Under the pieces are notes generated by a model. The model was not told the origin of the DNA and did no database searches. It saw nothing but the letters and a program-made list of their open reading frames with translations. Both the position numbers and the translations under genes were made by a program. A stretch of DNA of 64,000 nucleotides from NCBI GenBank assembly GCA_033581555.1, contig JAVQSZ010000001.1, forward strand, positions 144,377-208,376. The letters are read 5' to 3'. The stretch is from Nitrososphaerota archaeon (lineage in GTDB: Archaea > Thermoproteota > Nitrososphaeria_A > Caldarchaeales > Calditenuaceae). This document shows positions 1 through 8,859 of the stretch, in pieces (the stretch's first letter is position 1; each line of letters opens with the position of its first letter).

Positions 1-21
1 AGCTTAACTGCGTCTATATCG

Positions 22-366
22 ATGGCGAGACGGCTTAAGAGAAATCCTAAGGGGTATTCGGAACCGATAATATTGAAAACTCTCCTGAAATCACCAATGA
101 CGGTATCGCAGCTGGAGAAGGCGACTAAGATAAAGAAGCCAACCCTCTACCTCTCCCTCAACAGGCTCATCAAGAACGGACTGGTCACCAGCGACAGGGC
201 GAAGAGGAACAGGAAGTTCAGCCTGACGAGGCGGGGCCGGGTCATCGCGAGGAACAGGGCGAAGGCCGAGAGGATGCTGGAGTCGATAATGCCGAGGCTG
301 AGGGAGGTCCTGAGGCTCGGGATAGGGATGAGGGAGATAGAGAAGGCTATCTCGGCAGGGTCCTGA
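22..366 (+). CDS. winged-helix (ArsR/MarR-like) transcriptional regulator
   Basis: PMTVSQLEKATKIKKPTLYLSLNRLIKNGLV...FSLTRRG fits an HTH plus wing pattern. Confidence 0.75.
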   Translation: MARRLKRNPKGYSEPIILKTLLKSPMTVSQLEKATKIKKPTLYLSLNRLIKNGLVTSDRAKRNRKFSLTRRGRVIARNRAKAERMLESIMPRLREVLRLGIGMREIEKAISAGS

Positions 367-1069
367 CCACTGGGAAGAGCAGGTCGCCGTAAAGAAGGTT
401 GACGACGTGACCTACAGCGATGAAGACGATCAAGGGTATGCCCGGGGTCGCCCAGACCCTCTCGGAGGAGCTGGCCGAGGGGTCGGAGAAGTAGTCGTCG
501 AGGGGCGGCGAGAACGAGAGCCTTTTGCCGCTCCCGACGGTCACCTTGGCCCAGAAGCTCTTCGGCCAGTCGACCCTTGTCCCTAGGAGAAGCGCCCCGA
601 GCTTCAGGTGCGCCGGGACGCCCTCGAGCCCCTCGAAGACCCGCTCGCCCTTGAGCAGCGGCCTGACTAGGAGGTTGTAGGCCAGGAGGGCTGAGGGGAC
701 GGAGAGTGAGATCAGCAGCCCGTTGAGCAGGGAGGTGATCGGTACGAACGGGTGGAACCTGTTTCCGTCGAGGGAGACGGGGAGCGCGATGGCGATCGCG
801 ATGACGGCCTTCGCGTCGGCGCCGCCGTAGAACCCGAGCCTGTAGAAGAGCAGGGCCACGACAGTGGAGACGGCGATCGACGCGGTCGCCATGAGTGGGT
901 AGTCCGAGTCGTGCCTGAGGACGTAGAGGTATGCCGTCGAGGGCAGCGTGAGCGAGGCGAGGAGCAGCCAGACCCAGTCGTCCACCTCCCTCCGCCTCAG
1001 GTCCATGACCGAAGCTACGGCGAGCATCGCAGTCGTGACGGCCGCGTTGAGGGCCTCGAGGGGGCTCAA
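347..1069 (-). CDS. prepilin/prearchaellin peptidase (A24, PibD/FlaK family)
   Basis: Multi-TM protein with DLRRREV and GGAD catalytic-Asp motifs and a C-terminal VWATPGIPLIVFI. Confidence 0.85.
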   Translation of the reverse strand: MSPLEALNAAVTTAMLAVASVMDLRRREVDDWVWLLLASLTLPSTAYLYVLRHDSDYPLMATASIAVSTVVALLFYRLGFYGGADAKAVIAIAIALPVSLDGNRFHPFVPITSLLNGLLISLSVPSALLAYNLLVRPLLKGERVFEGLEGVPAHLKLGALLLGTRVDWPKSFWAKVTVGSGKRLSFSPPLDDYFSDPSASSSERVWATPGIPLIVFIAVGHVVNLLYGDLLFPVVRTLPR

Positions 1070-1088
1070 GGCGTCGACGGTTGCGGGC

Positions 1089-1724
1089 CTACTCCGCGAC
1101 GCCCTCGACGGCCGCGGTCGTGACGAACTGCTCTAGCGTGACGTTCGCGAGCAGCTCTGGCGTAGCTTGGCCGCGCTCGATCAGGACCCTCCTGGCCAGG
1201 TACCAGAACCCGAACGGCAGCGAGAGCCTACCCCTGTTGTTGATCGGGATTATCAGGTCGACGTTGGAGGTCGTGTTGTCGCTGCTGCACATCGCGATTA
1301 TCGGGATCTTCGCGATCCGCGCCTCGTTCACCACTTGGGCGTCGAACCTAGGGTCCGAGACGACTATGATCTCCGGCTCCATGTAGTACCTGAGGGCCTT
1401 GTTGGTGAAGGCCCCTGCGGGGATCTTCCCGGAGATGGCGCGGGCGCCCGTGACCTCCGCGAACCTCTGGACGGCCTTCGTGCCGTAGACGTGTGTTGAC
1501 ACCGCGACGACCTTCTCAGGCGGGTAAAGGGCGATCAGCCTCGCGGCCAGGTTCAGCCTCTCGACGACCTTCTTCACGTCGAAGAGGTGGACACCGTCGG
1601 ACCTCTGCCTGAACACGAACCTCTCCATGTGGGCGACCTTCACTTTGGCCCCGAGGTGGGCATTGCACTTCACGAGGACCTCGGCGATCTCGACCTCAGG
1701 GGAGACGGCGACGTCGGAGGTCAA
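1089..1724 (-). CDS. rps2: 30S ribosomal protein S2 (uS2)
   Basis: AHLG, GAFTN, VSDPRFDAQ, DLIIPINNRG motifs. Confidence 0.95.
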   Translation of the reverse strand: MTSDVAVSPEVEIAEVLVKCNAHLGAKVKVAHMERFVFRQRSDGVHLFDVKKVVERLNLAARLIALYPPEKVVAVSTHVYGTKAVQRFAEVTGARAISGKIPAGAFTNKALRYYMEPEIIVVSDPRFDAQVVNEARIAKIPIIAMCSSDNTTSNVDLIIPINNRGRLSLPFGFWYLARRVLIERGQATPELLANVTLEQFVTTAAVEGVAE

Positions 1725-2977
1725 GGCCTCAACCTCCTGATCCTCCCCTCACCAACCTCCTCCTCTGTCCTCAGCAGCTCGTTCAGCTTCGCCACCCTTT
1801 CACCGCCGATCAGGCCGCACTTTATAACCTTGCAGCCAGTTCCGACCGCGACCTGCGAGATGTAGGCATCGGTCGTCTCGCCGGAGCGATGGGACGCGAC
1901 GGCCACCGCACCGTTCGACGCGCACGCCTTCACCGCCTCCAGTGTTAGTGTGAGGGTCCCGACCTGGTTGGGCTTGACGATCGCAGCCCTTATCGCGCCC
2001 CTTCTCGCCATCTCCGATATCAGCTCTGCCCTGGTGACGACGAGGTCGTCGCCGCAGACCAGCACGGACTTGAGGTCGCGCTGGAGCTCCGCGTACAGCT
2101 CTGGCGAGTCCTCGGAGAAGGGGTCCTCGATGTAGACGAGCCCGAACTCGTCCGCGATGGCTGCGAGGTAGTCCCTGAACTCCTGACCGGTGAGGTAGAG
2201 GCCCTCGGACCTAAGCGCGTACTTCCCGGACTTCGGGTCGTAGACGTTGCTCCCTGCGACGTCGAGCCCCACTCCCACCTCGACGCCGGTCTCATCGGAG
2301 GCCTCGTCGGCCGCGGCCCTCACGAGCTCGAGGGCCTTCCTGTTCCCGATCGGGGGCGCGTAGCCGCCCTCGTCGCCCTTGCCCAGGGGGAACCCGGGCA
2401 GCTCGCGCTGGAGCAGCCTCCCGAGCCTCCTGTACGCGATGACGTTGACCTCAATCGCCTCCTTCATCGTCCTCGCGCCCAGCGGTATCAGCAGGAACTC
2501 CTGGATCTCCGGAGCTCCGGGGCCGGCGTGCGCACCTCCTCCCAGGACGTTCGAGAGCGGTAAGGGTAGGGCCGGAGTCTCCCCGGTCAGGTGCGCGAGG
2601 GCCTCGTGGAGCCTCTTGCCCTCCGAGGCAGCGTAAGCGGTGGCAGCCGCGACCGAGAGCGCGATGGCCGTGTTACCCCCGATCGCCGAGAGGTCAGGGG
2701 TGCGGTCGATCTCGGCCAGCAGCGCGTCCATCGCCAGCAGACCGTCGAGCTCGCGGCCCAGCAGCCCAGCGAACCTCTCCCGGACGAGCCTGACCGCGGC
2801 CTCCGGACCACCTTCCGGGAACGGGACGACCTCCCTCTTCCCCCTGCTCTTCCCCGACGGAGCTCCGGCCCTCGCTGTGTGGCCGTCGACCGTGACCTCG
2901 ACCTCCACGGTCTTATCGCCCCTACTGTCGAAGACCACCCTCGCGGTCACCCGCTCGAGCCGCTTTGCCCTAGACAC
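1721..2977 (-). CDS. eno: enolase
   Basis: DSRG, GDEGG, YIEDPF, GDDL, VKPNQVGT, SHRSGET motifs. Confidence 0.95.
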   Translation of the reverse strand: MSRAKRLERVTARVVFDSRGDKTVEVEVTVDGHTARAGAPSGKSRGKREVVPFPEGGPEAAVRLVRERFAGLLGRELDGLLAMDALLAEIDRTPDLSAIGGNTAIALSVAAATAYAASEGKRLHEALAHLTGETPALPLPLSNVLGGGAHAGPGAPEIQEFLLIPLGARTMKEAIEVNVIAYRRLGRLLQRELPGFPLGKGDEGGYAPPIGNRKALELVRAAADEASDETGVEVGVGLDVAGSNVYDPKSGKYALRSEGLYLTGQEFRDYLAAIADEFGLVYIEDPFSEDSPELYAELQRDLKSVLVCGDDLVVTRAELISEMARRGAIRAAIVKPNQVGTLTLTLEAVKACASNGAVAVASHRSGETTDAYISQVAVGTGCKVIKCGLIGGERVAKLNELLRTEEEVGEGRIRRLRP

Positions 2978-3023
2978 GTCACGCTGCTCCCCTTCTCCTG
3001 ATTTAACCCCTTCCTCCCCGGCC

Positions 3024-3245
3024 TCACCGCCTGAGAGGCCTCTGCCTCGAGTGGACCTCGAAGGCGATCAGCTCGTCGATGTACTCGACGTGGGAGAGGA
3101 ACATCCTCCTGCAGCAGTACCTCTTGATCCCGAGCTCGTCGAGGACCTGGCCCGGGTGCCTACCCGACTCGACCTCGGACCTGTATCTCTCCCAGAGGTG
3201 CGCGAGGGGCTTCCCGCAGCTGAAGCACCTGATCGGGAACATCAA
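3024..3245 (-). CDS. rpoN: RNA polymerase subunit N (Rpo10)
   Basis: PIRCFSCGK and RYCCRRM Zn ligands. Confidence 0.97.
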   Translation of the reverse strand: MMFPIRCFSCGKPLAHLWERYRSEVESGRHPGQVLDELGIKRYCCRRMFLSHVEYIDELIAFEVHSRQRPLRR

Positions 3246-3367
3246 GGGCCCTGCTCCCGGCTTTCCGCACGGCCCCGTCTAATTTAGTGTTCGGCCCCTG
3301 CCCGGTTAGGCGTGGTGAGGTGGCGGGCACACGGTTTTTGACGGGGAATCGGTCCGATGGCGGGGAG

Positions 3368-4339
3368 TTGAGGGTCGAGGCGCACCTCTCCGGAAACCTC
3401 CCCAGGGGTGATTCGGTCTTCAGGGTCCTCAGGAGGCACTCGAGGGGCAAGGCCGGATGGGAGGAGGTGAGGGCCGCGGCTGAGGCGGAGACCGCCGAGT
3501 GGGTCAGGCTACAGGCGGAGCTAGGCCTGAGGCCTGTCACGGACCCGATGCTGCTATGGCACGACCACTTCAGGCCGTTCGCGGAGAACGTCAAGGGGAT
3601 GGCCGTCGACGGGCTGAGGAGGTGGTACGACAACAACCTCTTCTACAGGGCTCCGGTGGTTTTCGGGAGGCTCGGGTTAGGAGACCCGTTCCTCGAGAGG
3701 TACCTCTTCCCCGTGGCCCTCAGGGGCCTCGAGGTCAAGCTGGTCATCCCCGAACCCCTCACTTTCGCTAGGCTCTCCGTCAACAGCGGCTACACGGACC
3801 ATGCGGAGCTCGCGATGGACCTAGCAGAGGTCACTTCGGCCGAGGCCTCTAGGCTGGTCTCGAGGCACGGGCTCAGCGTGAGTCTGGTCCAGCTCAGCGC
3901 GCCGGAGCTCGCGAGGGAGCTGAGGGCCGACGACCTCGAGCTGGTCAGGGAGGAGGTGGGACTCTTTAAGCGGAGGCTCGGGTGCAAGGTCCAGCTCCAC
4001 ACGTTCTTCTTCTCAGCGGCTAGGAGCCTCAGGTCGCTGCTCGACACCGGGGTTGACGTGATCGGGATAGACCTTCACGCGACGCCGGCCTCCGCGCTCA
4101 AGGGCGTGGACGTCGACAGGGAGCTTGCGGTCGGTGTGGTCGACTCGCGGAGCGTCGTCGTGGAGGAGCCCGGGTGGATGGCGTCGCTAGCTGAGAGGGC
4201 CGTCGAGGCGACCGGCGCGAGGGCAGTTCACGTCACCACGAACACGGACCTCGACTTCCTCCCCGCAGGCGTCGCGAGGGAGAAGGTGCGTGCGCTGTCG
4301 GCGTGTGCGAGGCTGTTGAGGGAGAGGTGGGGGACTTGA
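3368..4339 (+). CDS. split cobalamin-independent methionine synthase, non-catalytic (N-terminal-like) half
   Basis: TDPMLLW, RWYDNNLFYRAP, GVVDSRS; Zn ligands absent. Likely TTG start at 3368 after a GGGGAG SD. Confidence 0.75.
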   Translation: MRVEAHLSGNLPRGDSVFRVLRRHSRGKAGWEEVRAAAEAETAEWVRLQAELGLRPVTDPMLLWHDHFRPFAENVKGMAVDGLRRWYDNNLFYRAPVVFGRLGLGDPFLERYLFPVALRGLEVKLVIPEPLTFARLSVNSGYTDHAELAMDLAEVTSAEASRLVSRHGLSVSLVQLSAPELARELRADDLELVREEVGLFKRRLGCKVQLHTFFFSAARSLRSLLDTGVDVIGIDLHATPASALKGVDVDRELAVGVVDSRSVVVEEPGWMASLAERAVEATGARAVHVTTNTDLDFLPAGVAREKVRALSACARLLRERWGT

Positions 4340-5460
4340 CCGGAGGCGAGGTCCTCTTCAGGACCCAGGAGGTCGGGAGCCTCTCGAGGGCGCCGTTCCT
4401 AAAGGGCAGCTTGGAGGAGAAGGCCTTCCAGGCCAGATACTGGGGGATCAGGCTTGGCGTCGAGGGACACGAGGAGCTGGTTGAGCTGATCAGGAGGGGC
4501 GCCGGAACGTCGGAACTGCTGCCGTGGGCCTCGCTCTACGGGATCAGGTTCCACGAGGCCGCGGGGCTCGACGTCGTCTGGGACGGGGAGCAGAGGAGGG
4601 TCGAGATGTACGAGCACCCCCTCATGCACGTCGAGAACTTCGAGTTCGTGGGGAGGGTTAAGGTCTGGGACGCGGAGACCTACAACAAGGCGAAGCTAGT
4701 GGGGCCTCCGAGGCTGAAGTCCAGCGCCTACCTCGAGGAGTTCCTCTTCGCGAAGTCTAAGGCCACGAAGGAGCTGAAGGTCCCGGTCACGGGGCCGTAC
4801 ACCCTGATGGACTGGAGCTTCGACGACTACTTCGCGAGGCGCTACGCCCACCTCGAGGACCCGCTGGAAAGGAGAAGGAGGTCGAGACTCGACTTCCTCT
4901 ACAGCCTGATAGAGGAGGTGATGAGACCCGAGCTGAGGGCGCTCGCGGAGGCCGGCGCGAGGAGGATCCAGGTCGACGAGCCAGCGCTGACCTCGAAGCC
5001 CGAGGAGGTGAGGGACTACGTCGAGGCCTTCAACGAGATGGTGAAGGGGTTGGACGTCACTCTCACGCTCCACGTCTGCTACAGCGATTACTCACTGCTC
5101 CTTCCCCACGTGGCCGAGATGAGGATTCACGAGCTCTCGATAGAGTGCGCCAACAGGGACACGACCGACCTCGGCCTAGACGCGAGGGCTAGGAGGGGCT
5201 ACTCGATACTGAGGGAGTTCGGGGAACACGACGTCCCGTTCAAGATAGCGCCTGGCGTGATCGACGTCCACACGGACTTCGTCGAGCCGGCGGAGCTCGT
5301 GAGGGACAGGCTGCTCTACGCGGCCAAGCTCCTGGGAGACCCCGCGAAGGTGATTGCCTGTAACGACTGCGGCCTCAGGACGAGAGGGTGGGAGGTAGCG
5401 TTCGAGAAGGAGCGGAGCCTCGTCGAGGGCGCTGGGCTGGCGAGGAGGGCCTCCTCCTGA
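4336..5460 (+). CDS. metE: cobalamin-independent methionine synthase, catalytic half
   Basis: DGEQRR, TGPYT, IQVDEP, LHVCY, GVIDVH, NDCGL Zn-binding motifs; TTGA overlap with the upstream gene. Confidence 0.85.
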   Translation: MTGGEVLFRTQEVGSLSRAPFLKGSLEEKAFQARYWGIRLGVEGHEELVELIRRGAGTSELLPWASLYGIRFHEAAGLDVVWDGEQRRVEMYEHPLMHVENFEFVGRVKVWDAETYNKAKLVGPPRLKSSAYLEEFLFAKSKATKELKVPVTGPYTLMDWSFDDYFARRYAHLEDPLERRRRSRLDFLYSLIEEVMRPELRALAEAGARRIQVDEPALTSKPEEVRDYVEAFNEMVKGLDVTLTLHVCYSDYSLLLPHVAEMRIHELSIECANRDTTDLGLDARARRGYSILREFGEHDVPFKIAPGVIDVHTDFVEPAELVRDRLLYAAKLLGDPAKVIACNDCGLRTRGWEVAFEKERSLVEGAGLARRASS

Positions 5461-5464
5461 AGGG

Positions 5465-5923
5465 TCACTTGGCCTTTCTGGCGACCCCGACCGGCCCTCC
5501 CTTCCTCCCGGTCGTCCTCGTCCTCTGTCCCCTCACCTTCAGGCCCAGCGCGTGCCTCACTCCCCTCCACGACCTGATCCTCTTCTCCCGTTCTATGTCC
5601 TCCCTGACGGCCAGCCTCAGGTCCGGGCCGATGAGGTGGAGGTTCTTCCCGGTCACCGGGTCGCTCCTCCTGTTGAGCATCCACACCGGGATGCCGTACT
5701 TCAATGGGTTCCTGATCGCGTCCTCGATCTGGGAGAGCTGCTGCTCGGAGAGCTGGCCCAACCTCAAGGTCGGGTCTATCCCGAGGGCCCTCGAGATCGC
5801 GTATCCGAGGTTGATCCCGACGCCCTCGATCGCGGCAAGTGCGAACGGGACGTGCTTGGTCCCGTCCAGGTCGGTCCCCAGCAGCCTGACTATCAGCTTC
5901 GCCTCCCTCTGTTGGGCCGCCAT
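5465..5923 (-). CDS. rps13: 30S ribosomal protein S13 (uS13)
   Basis: C-terminal part of ORF 5465-7015: IVRLLGTDLDG, IPVWMLNRRSD, SWRGVRHALGLKVRGQRTRTTGR; ATG at 5923. Confidence 0.95.
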   Translation of the reverse strand: MAAQQREAKLIVRLLGTDLDGTKHVPFALAAIEGVGINLGYAISRALGIDPTLRLGQLSEQQLSQIEDAIRNPLKYGIPVWMLNRRSDPVTGKNLHLIGPDLRLAVREDIEREKRIRSWRGVRHALGLKVRGQRTRTTGRKGGPVGVARKAK

Positions 5924-6034
5924 CCCCACCAGCTGCCGAGCAGGTCGTAAAAAACGTTCACGCCGCCGGCGTTCGTCCGGGAAGCCGTTCAAACTTAAAA
6001 AAATGGACGGAGCCAATCCGGACAGGGTTAAGGC

Positions 6035-7201
6035 GTGACTTCGCAGCAGTCCTCGGTCAAGTACGTGATAGAGGCGAAGGTGGAGGTTGACGGCATCGTC
6101 GACAAGAACGACGTGATAGGCGCGGTCTTCGGGCAGACGGAGGGGATCTTCAGCGCCGACCTCGACCTGAGGGAGCTCCAGAAGACCGGGAGGATCGGGA
6201 GGATAGAGGTCCACATCCACGCCCAGGGCGACAGGACCGTCGGGAAGGTCCTGGTCCCCACGAGCGTCGACAGGTTCCACACCGCCCTGATCGCGGCTAT
6301 GGTCGAGAGCGTCGACAGGGTAGGTCCGTACTCCGCGAGGGTCACGATCGAGAAGATCGAGGACGTCAGGGCCGAGAAGAGGAAGCGGATCATCGAGAGG
6401 GCGAGGTCCCTGCTGATCGAGTGGGAGAGGAGGAGGGTGCCGGAGGTCGACGAGGCCCTGAAGGAGCTCGAGGAGACGATCGCGAAGTCCAGGGTCGTCG
6501 AGATAGGGCCCGACAACCTCCCCGCGGGGCCCGAGGCCCTGACCAGCGACGAGGTGATCGTCGTCGAGGGCAGGGCCGACGTCATCAACCTCCTCAGGCA
6601 CGGCTATTTCAACGCGATCGGAGTCGAGGGCGTCAAGGTCCCCTACTCCCTTGAGGAACTGGTGAGCAGGAAGAGGGTGATCGCGTTCCTCGATGGCGAC
6701 AGGGGAGGCGACATGATCCTGAGGGAGCTGGCGAGGCGGATCAAGATCGACCTGGTCGCGAGGGCTCCTCCGGGCAGGGAGGTGGAGTCCCTGGGGGCCA
6801 AGGAGATCGCCGAGGCCCTCGCCAACGCCGTCCCGCTCCAAGAGGCCCTGAAGAGGATAGGGGTCCACATCGAGCACGAGAAGGCTGAGCATGCCGCAGC
6901 GCCGTTCGAGAAGCTGAAGAGGTACGTCGAGGAGGTCGAGGGCAGCCTGATGGCGATAGGCCTCAAGGACGACCTCTCGGAGGCCTTCAGGGTCCCGGTA
7001 AGCGAGCTCTACCAAAGGCTCTCCTCCGATGGCGACGTGAAGTACGTCGTCTTCGACGGCGTCGTGACCCAGAGGCTCGTGGACCTAATGAAGGAGAGGG
7101 GGAGAGAGGTGCTGCTGGTCGGGGCGAGGGTCGCGGAGAACGTCCAGAGGGCGGGGAACGTGAGGGTCTACAACTTCGAGTCGGTCAAGAGAGCCGCGTG
7201 A
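6035..7201 (+). CDS. dnaG: archaeal DnaG (TOPRIM, exosome-associated)
   Basis: DVIGAVFGQTEG, VVEGRADV, FLDGDRGG, FDGVVTQRLVD. Confidence 0.95.
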   Translation: MTSQQSSVKYVIEAKVEVDGIVDKNDVIGAVFGQTEGIFSADLDLRELQKTGRIGRIEVHIHAQGDRTVGKVLVPTSVDRFHTALIAAMVESVDRVGPYSARVTIEKIEDVRAEKRKRIIERARSLLIEWERRRVPEVDEALKELEETIAKSRVVEIGPDNLPAGPEALTSDEVIVVEGRADVINLLRHGYFNAIGVEGVKVPYSLEELVSRKRVIAFLDGDRGGDMILRELARRIKIDLVARAPPGREVESLGAKEIAEALANAVPLQEALKRIGVHIEHEKAEHAAAPFEKLKRYVEEVEGSLMAIGLKDDLSEAFRVPVSELYQRLSSDGDVKYVVFDGVVTQRLVDLMKERGREVLLVGARVAENVQRAGNVRVYNFESVKRAA

Positions 7202-7266
7202 CGGCGGACACGCTTGCCTGAACCGTTGGGTTACACGTTAATAGCTGAGCGACCGACTGAGCCCGG

Positions 7267-7566
7267 ATGAGGGTAGAGCTCTTCAGCCACCTGAAGAGGG
7301 CCGCTGGCTCCGGGACGGTCGAGGTCAGGGTGGAGGGGGAGATGCCGTTGAAGGAGGCGCTCAAGCTCCTGCCCGAGGGCGTGAGGGAGCTCGTCATCGA
7401 CGAGTACGGGTCCATCAGGTCTGGGCTACTGGTGCTCGTGAACGGGGTCGACGCAAGGACCGTCTACAACTACAGGGTCACCGTCAGGGACAACGACGTG
7501 GTCTCGATAGTCCCGATGATCCACGGAGGCTCGACGGCGAGCGCCGAAATCCGTCCAGGGGGATGA
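7267..7566 (+). CDS. Urm1/SAMP-like ubiquitin-fold protein with C-terminal extension
   Basis: GLLVLVNGVD and DVVSIVPMIHGG, followed by STASAEIRPGG. Confidence 0.85.
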   Translation: MRVELFSHLKRAAGSGTVEVRVEGEMPLKEALKLLPEGVRELVIDEYGSIRSGLLVLVNGVDARTVYNYRVTVRDNDVVSIVPMIHGGSTASAEIRPGG

Positions 7567-7573
7567 ACGCCCG

Positions 7574-7906
7574 ATGAGCGGCCCCGTCGCGGGTATTCCG
7601 GGCTACCCGTACTCGCTTATTGCGCTCCTCGCAGCCTCCTTCGTTGTGCTCCTCTTCGCGGGCCCGAGGACGCCGAAGCTGGAGCCCCGCGTCACCCCCA
7701 TCCACAAGGTCTCCCGAGCGCTGAGGTACGCGCTGGGCGAGGAGGAATCGATCGACCTGAAAAGCGCTAAGTGGCTCTTCTACCGGCTGGGGCCGAGGGG
7801 CCCCGGGAGATTTTCTGGGCTCAGCATGAGGGCCCTCTTCGCCCTGACGTCAATGGCTCCCCGTGCCAGGAGGTGGTTGGTCAGGTGGGCGGCCAGGAGA
7901 GGGTAG
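7574..7906 (+). CDS. small single-TM hypothetical protein in the MoxR operon
   Basis: N-terminal hydrophobic helix and basic C-terminus; closely packed with its neighbours. Confidence 0.55.
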   Translation: MSGPVAGIPGYPYSLIALLAASFVVLLFAGPRTPKLEPRVTPIHKVSRALRYALGEEESIDLKSAKWLFYRLGPRGPGRFSGLSMRALFALTSMAPRARRWLVRWAARRG

Positions 7907-8859
7907 AGCTGCTGAGCCTCCAGGAGCTGAAGGAGGTCGTCCATAGGGTCGTCAGCGAGATCCACAGGGTCATAGTCGGGATGGACGACGCGATAGAGGC
8001 CCTGATCATCGCGCTCCTTACCGAGGGCCACGTGCTGATGGAGGGGGTGCCGGGACTCGCGAAGACCTACCTCGCCAAGTACTTCGCCAGGACGCTCAGC
8101 CTCTCCTTCAGCAGGATCCAGATCACGAGCGACCTCCTCCCGTCCGACATCACGGGTTCCCTGGTCTACGACAGGGCCACCGGACAGTTCGTCTTCAGGA
8201 AGGGACCGATATTCGCGAACCTGGTCCTAGCAGACGAGATCAACAGGGGCCCTCCGAGGACGCAGTCGGCGCTACTTGAGGTGATGCAGGAGCGTCAGGT
8301 GACCGTCGAGGGCGTGAGCTACGAGGTCCCGAGGCCCTTCATGGTGATAGCGACCCAGAATCCTATCGAGCTCGAAGGGACATTCCCGCTCCCCGAGGCC
8401 CAGCTCGACAGGTTCCTGATGAGGGTCGTCGTCACCCATCCGGAACGCGACCAGGAGATCGAAGTCCTCAAGATGAAGCAGGCCTCCGGAGAGGAGCCCG
8501 ACGTCAGCCCGGTCGTCAAGGCGGACACGGTGCTGAAGGGTATAGCCGCGATCTCGTCGGTGTACGTCGACGAGTCCATCATGGCGTACATTGTAGACGT
8601 CGTCAGGAGGACGAGGCAGATGCCGGAGGTCTACCTCGGTGCCAGCACCAGGGCCGAGGTCGCCCTGATGTACGCCGCGAAGGCCAAGGCCGCGATCTCC
8701 GGGTACCCTTACGTCACGCCGGACCACGTGAAGGCAGTCGCTCCCTTGGTCCTGAACCACAGGATAATCCTGAGGTCCAGGAGGAAGGGGCCCTTCTCCT
8801 CCTGGTCCGAGTTCGAGGTGATCCGCAGGGCCCTGGAGGAGGTGGACGTCCCGGTTTGA
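7771..8859 (+). CDS. MoxR-family AAA+ ATPase (true start probably near 7885-7912)
   Basis: GHVLMEGVPGLAKT, DLLPSDITG, LADEINR, ATQNPIELEGTFPLPEAQLDRF. Confidence 0.95.
   Translation: MALLPAGAEGPREIFWAQHEGPLRPDVNGSPCQEVVGQVGGQERVELLSLQELKEVVHRVVSEIHRVIVGMDDAIEALIIALLTEGHVLMEGVPGLAKTYLAKYFARTLSLSFSRIQITSDLLPSDITGSLVYDRATGQFVFRKGPIFANLVLADEINRGPPRTQSALLEVMQERQVTVEGVSYEVPRPFMVIATQNPIELEGTFPLPEAQLDRFLMRVVVTHPERDQEIEVLKMKQASGEEPDVSPVVKADTVLKGIAAISSVYVDESIMAYIVDVVRRTRQMPEVYLGASTRAEVALMYAAKAKAAISGYPYVTPDHVKAVAPLVLNHRIILRSRRKGPFSSWSEFEVIRRALEEVDVPV

Noticed and set aside
3368-5460. Two adjacent metE-like genes as a novelty
   Set aside because: Split MetE is already described in archaea
5924-7015. 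516-aa extended S13 ORF
   Set aside because: The upstream part is the antisense shadow of dnaG; S13 starts at ATG 5923
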